Positions 9,467 through 19,840 of a DNA stretch of 64,000 nt are shown here, one piece after another. Positions within the stretch are counted from its first letter, which is position 1; each line of letters starts with the position of its first letter. The position numbers were made by a program, and so were the translations under genes. The DNA is from an uncultured Bacteriovoracaceae bacterium (GTDB taxonomy: Bacteria; Bdellovibrionota; UBA1018), in contig CAZLYB010000002.1 of NCBI GenBank assembly GCA_964563795.1, positions 190,428 to 254,427 of the forward strand. The letters are read 5' to 3'. The notes under the pieces were generated by a model. It had not been told where the DNA came from and searched no databases. It worked only from the letters and a program-made list of their open reading frames with translations.

Positions 9467-10317
9467 AAATTCAAAAAATCCTTGGGATTTCGTTGGGGGT
9501 TCTGGCAAGCGCCGTGAGCGCGAAAGCGGCTAAAGAAGTCGCGCGCGTCAATAATCAAATCATCACGCTCGAGGACTTCGACAAAAAATACCGGGAGAGC
9601 CTCAAATTTTTCCAGAACAACGCCCCGAGCAAGGAAAGCGTCTTGGACGACATGATCAAGCGCGAGACCGCCGTCCAAAAAGCGAAGGAAAAAGGCTTGG
9701 ACCGCGATCCCGAGATTCAAGACCGCATCAAGACGGTCCTCTATCATGCGTTGATCGAGAAAGAACTCACCCGCGAATTCGAGAAAATTCAGATCTCCGA
9801 TGATGAAGCGAAGGCGAATTACTCGAAAAACCCCGAGATTCGAACGAGCCACATCTTCCTTTCCGTGAAGCCGGGGGCGGGCCAGGACGAAGACCGCAAG
9901 ACGCTTGAGAAGCTCAAGACGATTCAAAACGATTATCTCAAGGACGGCAAGACGAGTTTCGCCGAAGTGGCCCAGAGATTCTCGGAAGGCGTGGCGGCCC
10001 CATTCGGCGGGGACATCGATTTTCAAACACGCGATAAGCTCGATCCTGCTTATTACAGCGCCGCTCTTCAGTTGAAGAGCCCGGGCAAGATCAGCGGAAT
10101 CGTCCGCTCCAAGCACGGCTACCACATCATCAAGCTCACGGCCGTGAAGTCCTGGGCCGAAGCCGATCATGCCGAATGGAAGAGAAAACTGTTTGATGAG
10201 AGGCGCTCCCAGATTTTCGACCGCTGGATCGCCCAGTACGTCAAATCAGCGCGCGTGAGCAAGAACCTCGCGTTAGTCCAGGACTCGAAGCCCTCCGCCC
10301 CGGCGGCCGGGCCCTAG
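9463..10317 (+). CDS. secreted parvulin-type peptidyl-prolyl cis-trans isomerase (PpiC/PrsA-like)
   Basis: N-terminal signal peptide (MKIQKILGISLGVLASAVSA) and a PpiC-type rotamase domain (TSHIFLSV...GGDIDFQTRDKL...KHGYHIIKL). ATGA overlap with the mfd stop. Confidence 0.7.
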   Translation: MKIQKILGISLGVLASAVSAKAAKEVARVNNQIITLEDFDKKYRESLKFFQNNAPSKESVLDDMIKRETAVQKAKEKGLDRDPEIQDRIKTVLYHALIEKELTREFEKIQISDDEAKANYSKNPEIRTSHIFLSVKPGAGQDEDRKTLEKLKTIQNDYLKDGKTSFAEVAQRFSEGVAAPFGGDIDFQTRDKLDPAYYSAALQLKSPGKISGIVRSKHGYHIIKLTAVKSWAEADHAEWKRKLFDERRSQIFDRWIAQYVKSARVSKNLALVQDSKPSAPAAGP

Positions 10318-10330
10318 CCGCTTCTCGCGA

Positions 10331-11542
10331 TTACCGCCCCACGCACCGAATATCTTTTGAGTTGGTGCGGATGTCCTCGAAGACGTGGCCGGCTTGCGTA
10401 AAAAAGTACCAGGCGTTCTCTCTCCAAAGGGAGTAAAGGGTCGCGGTCCAGTAATTTCTGTTTTCATCCATGTCCGGCAGGACCGCCTTGATGCCGTCGA
10501 TGTCGGCCTGGAGCCAGTCCGAACGCGTCGGCAATCTCCAGCGAACTGCCGGGCTGCTAACGGTCGCTACTTTGCCCATGTATCCCTTCGTTTCACTATA
10601 AACCCCGGTCGTCCAGTCCTCGGCCCCGATCGCTGGCGAAATCCCGGCCGCCTCAGCGCAGTAACTGAGCGCAGTCGGATAGGAGGGCTGCTGGGCCACG
10701 TTATTGCAGAAACCGGAAACGTCGCCTGCTTCGGCGTTCCCAGCGGCTTTGCACCAATTGTCGGCCCCCACGATGTCGCTCCAGAGCAGGCCCGTTCGCT
10801 GATCCTGCCAAATTTCCTTGCCTGCGGCGGTGCGGGTGACGAGTTTCCAGATTGATTCGCCTTGAATCCCTTTGGTCGTTGAATCCCAGGTCGAGGTCGC
10901 CGCGTTCTGAGCCGCGCAATGAGTGATTCGGGCAGCCACTGTAGTTTGGGTGGTCCCGCAAGTTGCCGCGGGTCGCGAGGCGTGCACGGCGTTCGTGCAG
11001 GTATGGAGGTTGCCGCCCCCTCCGTTGCAACCGCGAGTGGTATCCCACCAGCCGTCGTCGTCAGCTGAAATCTGCGGAATTTCCCTGAATCCAGCTGCGA
11101 GGTTTCCAGAAGATTTTTCGGAACTCAGCGTGATTTGAGTGGTGCCCACCGTCCGGTGAACCATGGAGTATATCTCATCCCCGAAGCTACGCGTCCCGCT
11201 GACGCCGAGGACGGTGCTGCCTGATGCGATGACTGAGGCGGTGGGGAGGTTGCTCACTGTGCCGTTGTAGTAACCGGCTCCAGGAAAAGTGACCGAAGCG
11301 TCGAAAGCCCCTCGATTAGCCATCGTCCCGGTGAGCATAATCCCTTGGCCGTTCCAAAATTCTTTTCCGGACAAAACATCGGCGATGCCGGCGGGATTGG
11401 TTGCTGTTCCCTGAACCGTGGTACCCGAACTGCCGCTTCCCGTGCTTACGGGCCCAACGACTTCCGCTTTACACCCCCAAAGGGCAAAAAGCAGGGCAAA
11501 AGCGAATGGAGCTTTGAAAGAGACTCTCTTCTTATGAAACAT
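10331..11542 (-). CDS. DUF1566 (Lcl C-terminal domain) lipoprotein with Gly/Thr/Ser-rich region
   Basis: The longest ORF runs to 11845, but ATG at 11542 gives MFHKKRVSFKAPFAFALLFALWGC, a lipoprotein signal with lipobox-like LWGC. The C-terminal DQRTGLLWSD...ALSYCAEAAG...VRWRLPTRSDW matches the hallmark W-R-L-P-T motif of DUF1566. Confidence 0.6.
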   Translation of the reverse strand: MFHKKRVSFKAPFAFALLFALWGCKAEVVGPVSTGSGSSGTTVQGTATNPAGIADVLSGKEFWNGQGIMLTGTMANRGAFDASVTFPGAGYYNGTVSNLPTASVIASGSTVLGVSGTRSFGDEIYSMVHRTVGTTQITLSSEKSSGNLAAGFREIPQISADDDGWWDTTRGCNGGGGNLHTCTNAVHASRPAATCGTTQTTVAARITHCAAQNAATSTWDSTTKGIQGESIWKLVTRTAAGKEIWQDQRTGLLWSDIVGADNWCKAAGNAEAGDVSGFCNNVAQQPSYPTALSYCAEAAGISPAIGAEDWTTGVYSETKGYMGKVATVSSPAVRWRLPTRSDWLQADIDGIKAVLPDMDENRNYWTATLYSLWRENAWYFFTQAGHVFEDIRTNSKDIRCVGR

Positions 11543-11686
11543 ACGTACCGCCTTAAAGAAAGAACGAGTTCCTTCTTTAATTTTAACGCTTGATCGCTTA
11601 TTTAAAAATGTGTCCGGATGGACCGTGTGTCCGCCGCGTTGGCCTTGCTTCACAGCGGCCTTGAGATATGACATAACTAGAAAATT

Positions 11687-12703
11687 ATGGGCCTTTTCAT
11701 CCTTTTCCTCTCCTCCTTTATATACGCCCCGCACAGCTACGCGAAACCCGTGGTCATTGAGCGGCTGGAGGCTTCTGTCAATTCTGGCCTGATCCTCAAG
11801 TCGGATTTGCAGGAATTCAGGAGCACGGAAAAACTCCGCACCCAACTCGACCCTCTTTTCAACGGCACTCCCTTGGCGAGCTCAGGCAAGTCGGCGAAGA
11901 ACGAGGAGATCATTAAGTTCTTGGTGAATGAAAAAATCATCTCCCTCAAGTTCCCGGTCAGTGACGGGGAGGTCGAGCAGGAGATCAATTCCATTCAATC
12001 CTCCAATCGACTGACCCGGGACACCTTGAAGCGGGCGATCACCGACCAAGGATTCAGTTTTTCGCAATATTTTGAGCTGATCCGAATCAGCACGAGCAAA
12101 CGAAACCTGATTGACCGTGAGATCCGGCCCAAGGTGAGCATCTCGGAGGATGACATCCTCAGTTATTACGCGATTCATTACCCCAACAGCGCTCCGGCCC
12201 CGAAATCCTACCACCTCAAGATCATCTCGATTTCCACCAAGAGCTTCAAAAAACCCGCTCTCGCGCAGGAAGCGGCGGTGAAAGCCCGCTCTCAGATCAA
12301 GAAACCGGACGATTTCGAAGAGGTCGCACGGAGTTTCAGCGACGGCCCAACCGCGTCCACCGGGGGAGAACTCGGAGTTCTTTCGGAGGAGCAGATGTCG
12401 CCTCTGATCCGGGAAGCCCTCAAAAAACTCAACTCAGGCGAAGTGAGCCCGGTGTTCGGCAGCATCAAAGCGGGGGGGTTTTTCATCCTGAAGCTCGCTG
12501 GCGTCCAGCTCGCGGAATCCGAGCGCTACCAAAAAATCAAAGAGGAAATCCGCGCTAAACTCGCCACCACCGAATATCAGCGGCAGATTGACTTCTGGCT
12601 AGAAAGAGAAAAACAAACCGCCTCGGTTCACCTCGCTCCCGAAGAGGGAACCGTCGCTCCACCCGCTCCATCGGACACCCCGAGCGCAAAACCCGGGAAA
12701 TGA
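11687..12703 (+). CDS. surA: periplasmic chaperone / PPIase SurA-like
   Basis: Signal peptide (MGLFILFLSSFIYAPHSYA), a SurA-N-like domain followed by one parvulin domain (KSYHLKIISI...GGELGVLSEEQMSPLIREAL...GGFFILKL). Immediately upstream of pdxA, as in the conserved surA-pdxA operon. Confidence 0.7.
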   Translation: MGLFILFLSSFIYAPHSYAKPVVIERLEASVNSGLILKSDLQEFRSTEKLRTQLDPLFNGTPLASSGKSAKNEEIIKFLVNEKIISLKFPVSDGEVEQEINSIQSSNRLTRDTLKRAITDQGFSFSQYFELIRISTSKRNLIDREIRPKVSISEDDILSYYAIHYPNSAPAPKSYHLKIISISTKSFKKPALAQEAAVKARSQIKKPDDFEEVARSFSDGPTASTGGELGVLSEEQMSPLIREALKKLNSGEVSPVFGSIKAGGFFILKLAGVQLAESERYQKIKEEIRAKLATTEYQRQIDFWLEREKQTASVHLAPEEGTVAPPAPSDTPSAKPGK

Positions 12704-13743
12704 GCTGGCCGACTTTTCTCCTCACGCCGGGTGACCCCGCGGGCATCGGCCCTGAAATCACCTGGAAACTCATTCAATCCGGGATCACGAAAGAACTCGG
12801 AATCCATCTCCTCGCCGTGGGGCCGAGAGCGCCCTTCAAAAAGATGGGCGTTCCGCTGATTGAAGTCCACCCGGAGGACCCGCTCAGCTTCAAAAATGAC
12901 GGTTCTGACGCCGGATTGTACCTGCTTGCGGCGCCGGAAAAATCCCCTCGCGGCCGATTTTTGCCGGGCTACCAGTCAGGGTGGGCGATTGAAAAAGCGG
13001 TGAGCCTCCTGTTTGAAAAGGATCCCACGCGCCGACCCCGAGCACTGGTCACGGGCCCGATCAGCAAGGAGCGCCTCCAAAGCGGGGGCTATCCCTACGA
13101 CGGCCACACTGAGATGCTCGCGGAACTCTGTTCGCGTCATACGCGCCGGCGTTACTCGCCCACGATGATGCTCGCCAATGATTTGCTGCGTGTGAGCCTC
13201 GTCACCACGCACTTGGCGCTCAAGGAGGTCCCTCGCGCCGTCACGCCAGCACGGTTGAAAAAAACGATCCTGCATACGGCGGAATTCCTCCGGGATTGCG
13301 CGGGAATCTCGAAGCCGCGAATCGCGGTTTGCGCGCTCAATCCCCATGCCGGAGAGGCCGGGATTTTCGGAAAAGAAGAAATCCGCGTCATCACCCCGGC
13401 CCTGAAAAAACTGAAAATCCAGGGGCGCGGAAGCTTTGAGCTCTTCGGTCCCGCGCCAGCCGATACCCTTTTTGCCCAACATCGCCTGGGAATGCATCCC
13501 CAAACGGGGAAGGCGGGCTTGTTTGACGCGGTCGTAGGGCTTTACCACGACCAAGCCCTGATCCCGGTGAAGCTCCTTGATTTCCCACGCACGGTGAATA
13601 TAACTCTAGGTTTGCCCTTGCTCCGGACCTCCGTGGATCATGGAGTGGGTTTTGACATCGCCGGGCAAGGCAAGGCAGACCCATCCAGCTTGATCTCCGC
13701 CCTCAGGCAAGCCGTGAAACTGGCGGATCGGAGAATTGAATGA
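12700..13743 (+). CDS. pdxA: 4-hydroxythreonine-4-phosphate dehydrogenase PdxA
   Basis: 347-aa protein with PdxA-family motifs (TGPISKE..., ALNPHAGEAGIFGKEE, SVDHGVGFDIAG). ATGA overlap with surA. Confidence 0.85.
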   Translation: MSWPTFLLTPGDPAGIGPEITWKLIQSGITKELGIHLLAVGPRAPFKKMGVPLIEVHPEDPLSFKNDGSDAGLYLLAAPEKSPRGRFLPGYQSGWAIEKAVSLLFEKDPTRRPRALVTGPISKERLQSGGYPYDGHTEMLAELCSRHTRRRYSPTMMLANDLLRVSLVTTHLALKEVPRAVTPARLKKTILHTAEFLRDCAGISKPRIAVCALNPHAGEAGIFGKEEIRVITPALKKLKIQGRGSFELFGPAPADTLFAQHRLGMHPQTGKAGLFDAVVGLYHDQALIPVKLLDFPRTVNITLGLPLLRTSVDHGVGFDIAGQGKADPSSLISALRQAVKLADRRIE

Positions 13744-15200
13744 CGCTGCAAATCCCTTCTCATGTGTTCAGAGAATATGACGTCCGTGGAATCGCGGGCA
13801 AAGACCTCACGCCCGAATTCGCCAGACTGCTGGGCCGCGGCTATTCAAAGATGCTTTTTGATCAAAATGGCTCCAGCCGAGCGCTGCGCGTCTCGGTCGG
13901 GAAAGACTGCAGGCTCTCCAGTGATGCGTACGCCGAGGCTTTGATCCAAGGGATGATTGAACAAGCCCCCGAAGGGCGTCTTCAAGTGGTTCGGCTTGGC
14001 GTTTGCCCCACTCCTTTGACTTACTTCAGCGTTTTTCATTTGGAGCTCGATGGCGGAATCATGGTGACCGGCTCCCACAATCCCGCGGACTACAATGGCT
14101 TCAAGATCGGCATCGGAAAAGGCACACTCCACGGGGAACGAATTCAGGAACTCAAATCGGTCATGCAAGCCTTGCTCAAGCAGCGTCCTGATTCACTCTT
14201 TCAGTCCTCGATGATCGAGGATTTTGAGATCATCCCCGCTTACATCGATTTTGTGGTCAAAGCTTCGCAAAATCGGGGATTGATCCGAAAGAAAATCGTC
14301 TTGGATGCGGGCAACGGAACCGCCGCGACCGTGGCTCCCAAACTTTTTGAGAAACTCGGAGCCCAAGTCATCCCGCTTTACTGCGAGCTGGATGGTCGAT
14401 TCCCCAACCATCACCCTGATCCCACAGTCCCGGAGAATCTCAAAGCGCTTACGGAGACGGTCAAGCGCGAGAAAGCGGATTTCGGCGTGGCCTTTGACGG
14501 CGACTCGGACCGCATCGGCGTGGTCGACGAGACGGGACGAATCCTTTTCGGCGATGAGTTGATGATTCTTTTTTCGCGCGACGTGCTCCAGGCGCTGCCG
14601 GGCTCGACGATCATCTCGGAGGTCAAATCGAGCTACCGCCTCTATGACGACATCGCGAAGCGGGGCGGAGTGCCTTTGATGTGGAAGACGGGCCATTCGC
14701 TCATCAAATCCAAGATGAAGGAGACGCATGCGGCGCTGGCCGGGGAGATGTCAGGCCATATTTTTTTCGCGGACCGTTACTTCGGTTACGATGACGCGAT
14801 TTACGCGGCCGTGCGCGCCTATGAAATCGCGTCCCGCGCCCAGGGCCCATTCTCAGCCCTTCTCGCGGATGTTCAAAAAACCGCCGCCACTCCTGAAATC
14901 AGGGTCGATTGCGAGGAGGAGCTCAAATTTCAGCTCGTCAGCAAAGTGAAAGAGCAATTGAAAAAAGACCCCGCGTTCGCACGCGCCAAGCTCAACGACA
15001 TCGACGGGGTTCGAATTGATTTGGGCGACGGGTGGGGATTGCTCCGCGCCTCGAATACCCAACCCGTGATCGTCCTGCGCTTTGAGGCTCAAACTCCAGC
15101 CCGTCTGCGTGAAATCCAAGGTTCCGTTGAGACCTTGCTGGTCAACGCCGCGAGCGCTTTGGGGCATCCCCCTCTTCAGCTTTCAGGCGGGCATGGATGA
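13740..15200 (+). CDS. phosphomannomutase/phosphoglucomutase (alpha-D-phosphohexomutase)
   Basis: Active-site loop [14 protein letters not shown] (phosphoserine loop), metal-binding [12 protein letters not shown] and [11 protein letters not shown] sugar-binding loop. 4-nt overlaps with pdxA and uvrA. Confidence 0.8.
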   Translation: MTLQIPSHVFREYDVRGIAGKDLTPEFARLLGRGYSKMLFDQNGSSRALRVSVGKDCRLSSDAYAEALIQGMIEQAPEGRLQVVRLGVCPTPLTYFSVFHLELDGGIMVTGSHNPADYNGFKIGIGKGTLHGERIQELKSVMQALLKQRPDSLFQSSMIEDFEIIPAYIDFVVKASQNRGLIRKKIVLDAGNGTAATVAPKLFEKLGAQVIPLYCELDGRFPNHHPDPTVPENLKALTETVKREKADFGVAFDGDSDRIGVVDETGRILFGDELMILFSRDVLQALPGSTIISEVKSSYRLYDDIAKRGGVPLMWKTGHSLIKSKMKETHAALAGEMSGHIFFADRYFGYDDAIYAAVRAYEIASRAQGPFSALLADVQKTAATPEIRVDCEEELKFQLVSKVKEQLKKDPAFARAKLNDIDGVRIDLGDGWGLLRASNTQPVIVLRFEAQTPARLREIQGSVETLLVNAASALGHPPLQLSGGHG

Positions 15201-17854
15201 GGGAGCAGGAGCTCGAAAAACCCAAGGCTCGCGCGCGCCTAAAAGTCAAGGCCGGAGAGTCCGAAGCGCCGGAGCTTGAATCCATCACCGTGCGCGGCGC
15301 GCGGGCGCATAATCTCAAAAACATCGACGTCACTCTCCCCCGCGACCGCTTCGTGGTGATCACCGGCCCTTCCGGCTCCGGGAAATCCTCGCTCGCTTTC
15401 GACACGATCTACGCCGAGGGCCAGCGCCGCTACGTGGAGAGCCTGTCCACTTACGCCCGGCAGTTTTTGGATCAAATGAGCAAACCGGACGTGGAATCGA
15501 TCTCGGGCTTGAGCCCCACGATCTCGATCGAGCAGAAGACGATTCACTCCAACCCACGCTCCACCGTCGGCACGGTCACCGAAGTGTACGACTATCTCAG
15601 GCTGCTTTTCGCGAGGATCGGAAAACCATCGTGCTGGAAATGCGGCAAGCCCATTCAATCGCAGACGCCCCAGCAGATGGTAGATCGCATCGTGTCCTTG
15701 CCGGCTGAGACCCGCGTCTCCCTCCTCGCGCCCGTCGTCCGCGGCCGTAAGGGCGAGTATCAAAAAGAACTCCAGCAGCTCAGGCAGCGCGGGTTCGTGC
15801 GCGTGAGGATCGACGGCGAAGTCCTGGATCTCTCCGAGACGATCTCGCTTGATAAAAACAAAAAGCATGACATCGAGGTTTACGTCGACCGCATCGTCAT
15901 CAAGGGGGATCTCAGTTTGATCGCGGCCAGGCTAAGCGATTCCGTGGAGCTGGCGTTGAAACTGGGGGAAGGGCTTTTGATCCTGGAAACCCAGCAGGGC
16001 TCCAAAAAAAGCGAGAGCTTGCTTTCCCAAAAATTCGCCTGCTTGGATTGCCACGTCAATTACCCCTCGCCTGAACCCAGAACGTTTTCTTTCAATAGCC
16101 CTATGGGGGCCTGCCCCAAATGCGACGGGCTGGGGCTCGAGGTCCAGGATGAGCAGGAGGAAGAGGATGAGGAGGAAGGTGAAGCTTCACTGGAATCCCG
16201 CCCAGAAGTCCAAATGATCCGCGAGCACCGAGCCCAATCCCTGCCTTGTCCGGAGTGCAATGGGGCTCGCCTCAAAAAAGAGAGCCTCTTCTTCAAGATC
16301 GCGGACCGGAACATCGCGGAACTCTGCCGAATGCCGGTCAGCGAGCTCGTCGACTGGGTGAAGGACTTGAAGCTCCTCGAGCGCGAGCAGCTCATCTCGA
16401 GCCGAATCCTCAAGGAAATCTTGGAGCGTTCGCAGTTCCTGGCGCAAGTGGGGGTAGGTTACCTCACGCTCGACCGTTCGGCCCAAACACTCTCGGGCGG
16501 CGAAGCCCAGCGCATCCGCCTGGCGACGCAGATCGGGAGCTCGCTCACGGGCGTCATCTACGTGCTCGACGAACCCAGCATCGGCCTCCACCAGAGGGAC
16601 AATGAAAAACTCATCGGGACGTTGACGCAGCTCCGTGATCTGGGCAATACGGTGCTCGTCGTTGAGCACGATCAAGAGACGATCGAAAAAGCGGATTGGG
16701 TCGTGGACCTCGGCCCCGGCGCGGGAACCCATGGGGGCGAAGTGATGGCCTCGGGCCCGCTCGAGGCGATCCTCAAGAATAAAAAAAGCCTCACCGGCAG
16801 ATACTTGCGCGGCGAGCTTAAAATCGCCATCCCCGAAAAGCGCAGGCTGGTCCGGCAAGGCCACCGGATCCGCGTCCAAGGCGCGCGCCAAAATAATTTA
16901 AAGAGCGTCACTGCGGAGTTCCCCTTGGGCACGCTCACTTGCGTGACCGGCGTCTCAGGCAGCGGCAAGAGCACGCTCGTGATGGACACGCTTTACTTGG
17001 CGCTCGCTTCCAAACTTTACCGCGTCGATGCGGGCGACCTGCTAGTGGATTCCATCGACGGGATCGAGCAGATCGACAAAGTCGTCGTCATCGATCAAAG
17101 CCCCATCGGGCGAACGCCGCGCTCCAATCCAGCGACCTACACCGGGCTTTTCAGCCTCATCCGCGATTTGTTCGCCCGCCTCCCCGAAGCTCAGATCCGC
17201 GGCTTCAGTCCCGGGCGATTCTCCTTCAACGTCAAGGGCGGGCGATGCGAAGCGTGCGAGGGCGGAGGAGCCACTCGCGTGCAGATGCATTTTTTGCCGG
17301 ACGTGTACGTGCTCTGCGAGACGTGTCAAGGCAAGCGCTACCACCGCGACACGCTCGCCATTCGTTACAAGGGCAAGAACATCGCCGAAGTTCTTGATCT
17401 CACGGCGGCCGACGCTCTGCCCTTTTTCGATGCGATCCCCCAGATCAAATCCAAGCTCACGATCATGAACGACGTGGGATTGGGCTATGTCCATCTCGGA
17501 CAGGCTGCGACGACGCTCTCAGGAGGAGAAGCCCAGCGCATCAAGCTCTGCAAGGAGCTCTCGCGCCGCGGGACCGGAAAGACCGTTTACATCCTCGATG
17601 AACCCTCGACCGGACTGCATTTCGACGATGTTCAAAAACTCATCTCGATCCTCCAGGCGCTCGTCGATCAAGGCAACACCGTCATTGTCATCGAGCATCA
17701 CCTCGACATCATCAAAGTCGCAGATCACGTGATCGATCTCGGCCCCACTGGCGGCGGGGGAGGTGGACGCATCATCGCCACGGGAACCCCGGAGCAAGTG
17801 TCGCGCGTTACCCAAAGCGCGACGGGCGAGTTTTTGAAGCGGGTATTGAATTGA
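15197..17854 (+). CDS. uvrA: excinuclease ABC subunit A
   Basis: 885-aa protein with two ABC ATPase modules ([14 protein letters not shown] and [11 protein letters not shown] Walker A; [12 protein letters not shown] and [12 protein letters not shown] signature) and Zn-finger cysteines (CWKCGK, CLDCH, CPKC...CPEC, CEAC, CETC). The N-terminus [14 protein letters not shown] matches the canonical UvrA start. Confidence 0.95.
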   Translation: MREQELEKPKARARLKVKAGESEAPELESITVRGARAHNLKNIDVTLPRDRFVVITGPSGSGKSSLAFDTIYAEGQRRYVESLSTYARQFLDQMSKPDVESISGLSPTISIEQKTIHSNPRSTVGTVTEVYDYLRLLFARIGKPSCWKCGKPIQSQTPQQMVDRIVSLPAETRVSLLAPVVRGRKGEYQKELQQLRQRGFVRVRIDGEVLDLSETISLDKNKKHDIEVYVDRIVIKGDLSLIAARLSDSVELALKLGEGLLILETQQGSKKSESLLSQKFACLDCHVNYPSPEPRTFSFNSPMGACPKCDGLGLEVQDEQEEEDEEEGEASLESRPEVQMIREHRAQSLPCPECNGARLKKESLFFKIADRNIAELCRMPVSELVDWVKDLKLLEREQLISSRILKEILERSQFLAQVGVGYLTLDRSAQTLSGGEAQRIRLATQIGSSLTGVIYVLDEPSIGLHQRDNEKLIGTLTQLRDLGNTVLVVEHDQETIEKADWVVDLGPGAGTHGGEVMASGPLEAILKNKKSLTGRYLRGELKIAIPEKRRLVRQGHRIRVQGARQNNLKSVTAEFPLGTLTCVTGVSGSGKSTLVMDTLYLALASKLYRVDAGDLLVDSIDGIEQIDKVVVIDQSPIGRTPRSNPATYTGLFSLIRDLFARLPEAQIRGFSPGRFSFNVKGGRCEACEGGGATRVQMHFLPDVYVLCETCQGKRYHRDTLAIRYKGKNIAEVLDLTAADALPFFDAIPQIKSKLTIMNDVGLGYVHLGQAATTLSGGEAQRIKLCKELSRRGTGKTVYILDEPSTGLHFDDVQKLISILQALVDQGNTVIVIEHHLDIIKVADHVIDLGPTGGGGGGRIIATGTPEQVSRVTQSATGEFLKRVLN

Positions 17855-18034
17855 GCCTCGGGATTTTTTCCCTCACTGCTGGGGCTATTCCGGACTTTTT
17901 TCGTGCGCTAATGCGGATTTTTCGCACGGAATATGACGAAATTGTCAGGCGTCCTTTTTGCACTGGCTTTTAATCCGTGCATCAAGTAGCTCACTCTTAT
18001 TCGTTATTTATAAATAGATAGAAGGAGTATTTTT

Positions 18035-18715
18035 ATGAGTTTTTCGTACAAAAACCTCGCTCTTTTGAGCTTATTGGCAGCGGGCCTCACCGTCACTTCA
18101 GGCTGCGGAAAAGACAGCGACAACAAGAAGAACGACAGTGCAGCGGCTCCGGCCGATCAGGCTTTGGCCGGTGATACTTCAGCCCAAAATGCCGGCTTTG
18201 AAGCGAAACTGAGCTGCAATGTCCAAAAAAATAAAGGACGCCGTGATATCAGCGTCAACGTGGATGGCCTCCTCTGGGTCAGCGCCTCCCCCCAACTCAC
18301 GAATGTGGACTACGAGATCAATAGCCGTCAAGCTGGGCCATTCCATGTGTCTGAGCAAGATGCGCTTTACGTAGGTCAGGCCACGGGATCCGAGATCGGC
18401 CTCGAAGGAGAAGCAGCGAGCCTTAATCTTGATAAATTCGAGATCAAAACTAAAACGGGCACCGCTTATCTGCTCCTTGCAGACCTTCCCTCTGAAGAAC
18501 CTCGCCGCAATTGGAGCCGAGGTAGGTGGATGAGAGGACGACCTGGCAGCACCGCTACGAGAATCACGGCTTACTGGCTAGATGACGCTAGCTCCGTTGC
18601 CGTTCCAGCGAACTGCTCCGTCAGCAAAGCCCCCCGGCAGCGTGATGCTCAGGGCGCCGAGCAGGATCAATCTCTGCAGCTCAATAGCAAGGGCAACCCT
18701 TCGGCGGTTCAATAA
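18035..18715 (+). CDS. hypothetical lipoprotein (paralog 1 of a tandem pair)
   Basis: AAGGAG RBS 9 nt upstream. Lipoprotein signal MSFSYKNLALLSLLAAGLTVTSGC. Low-complexity linker, then a domain bracketed by Cys (LSCN...NCSV). Homologous to the product of 18964..19755. Confidence 0.5.
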   Translation: MSFSYKNLALLSLLAAGLTVTSGCGKDSDNKKNDSAAAPADQALAGDTSAQNAGFEAKLSCNVQKNKGRRDISVNVDGLLWVSASPQLTNVDYEINSRQAGPFHVSEQDALYVGQATGSEIGLEGEAASLNLDKFEIKTKTGTAYLLLADLPSEEPRRNWSRGRWMRGRPGSTATRITAYWLDDASSVAVPANCSVSKAPRQRDAQGAEQDQSLQLNSKGNPSAVQ

Positions 18716-18748
18716 TCGCCGATTGTCCTTGATTTAAAATCATCACGG

Positions 18749-18784
18749 AAAGGGCCCTGCGTTTCCGCAGGGCCCTTTTCATTT
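18749..18784 (+). terminator. Rho-independent terminator
   Basis: 10-bp GC-rich stem gggccctgcg/cgcagggccc with tttc loop followed by TTTTcATTT, 33 nt after the stop of the 18035 gene. Confidence 0.7.
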
Positions 18785-18963
18785 CAGGGTCCCGAGGAAT
18801 TATTCCGCGACTTGAAGGGAGTTTGGGACCTTCTTCCCGCGCCTGTCCGTTTCTTCGCTCTCGTTCCCTCTAGCCAGCTTGGTCCCCATCTTGCAGAAGC
18901 TTGATCATTCAACAATCAAACCCCGCGAATGATCGCGCTTCAATCCCGATGGAGGACATGGAT

Positions 18964-19755
18964 ATGTTTTTCCCAAAAAAAAAGAATACGCTGCTTTCCG
19001 CGGCTGCAGCCGTGATGCTGGGAATCGCCGCAGTAGGCTGCAACGATGACAAGGACGACGGAAAAAAAACTACGAGCAATGACCCGACCGCGGCGGCGAA
19101 CCGGCAAGCCGTCACCGGATCCGCTGAGGTGAACGCGGATCCAGGCGCCGCCGTGAGCGGAGATAAGACCGCCTCCGCCGAGAATGCGGCGACTGAACAA
19201 GCCGCCGCCACGGATCCGCAACGGGATCCCGCTCAGAGCGGAGCCGCGATGCCAAGTGATCCCGCTTCCCAAGAGATGGTCGAAGGAGACTACGCCGCAA
19301 ATCTAGTCTGCGAGTGGTCTGGCGATCTTGCGAACAGCGCGGATGCTACTGAAGGCAACGCAAAATCGCGAAAAAAACTGGATCTCCGCCTCAGCGCCAC
19401 AGTGATCAAAGTCCAGGGTCCGCTTCAGCTATTGAACTTGGATTATTTTTTGAAGCGCACGAGTTGGGAGGAAGGAAAGAGGGCTCGCACTTCGTTCTTC
19501 GCGAAGGACCAGTCCGTCGGCTCCATGGCACAGCTTTCGGCCTCTGACCTGGGGATCGGGGACTCAAACGACCCCGCCTATGAAAAATTCGAGCTCAGAA
19601 CACAAGAAGGGCCCGTTTACTTAGCTCTCTCCATCCTTCCAAAAACCCTCAGGCGCTCATCTCAGGGGTTCTTCATTTATTGGATGGAGAGCGAGGATTC
19701 AAAGCCCACTGAGATCGAATGCTCGCTCACTCGCGCGGTAAGAGCGCTGATGTAA
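18964..19755 (+). CDS. hypothetical lipoprotein (paralog 2 of a tandem pair)
   Basis: The ORF-track frame starts at a TTG at 18901. ATG at 18964 is preceded by GGAGGA 7 nt upstream and gives MFFPKKKNTLLSAAAAVMLGIAAVGC, a lipoprotein signal. The C-terminal domain is bracketed by Cys (LVCEW...IECSL) and aligns with paralog 1 (KFELRTQEGPVYLAL vs KFEIKTKTGTAYLLL; FFIYWMESED vs ITAYWLDDAS). Confidence 0.5.
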   Translation: MFFPKKKNTLLSAAAAVMLGIAAVGCNDDKDDGKKTTSNDPTAAANRQAVTGSAEVNADPGAAVSGDKTASAENAATEQAAATDPQRDPAQSGAAMPSDPASQEMVEGDYAANLVCEWSGDLANSADATEGNAKSRKKLDLRLSATVIKVQGPLQLLNLDYFLKRTSWEEGKRARTSFFAKDQSVGSMAQLSASDLGIGDSNDPAYEKFELRTQEGPVYLALSILPKTLRRSSQGFFIYWMESEDSKPTEIECSLTRAVRALM

Positions 19756-19780
19756 TCGTCGTTCAGCCTGTCGAGTGAAT

Positions 19781-19822
19781 AAAAAAAGCCCTTGCAACAG
19801 TTGAGCTGCAAGGGCTTTTTTT
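19781..19822. terminator. bidirectional Rho-independent terminator between convergent genes
   Basis: A-tract, 9-bp stem gcccttgca/tgcaagggc, then T-tract (aaaaaaagcccttgca...tgcaagggcttttttt). Sits between the + lipoprotein gene and the - atpE. Confidence 0.7.
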
Positions 19823-19840
19823 GATTTTAAATCGGGCTTT

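Noticed and set aside
17895-17935. Inverted repeat ttcgtgcg...cgcacgg between uvrA and the first lipoprotein gene
   Set aside because: It is only a 6-bp stem with a long loop and no T-tract; it is too weak to call as a terminator or operator.
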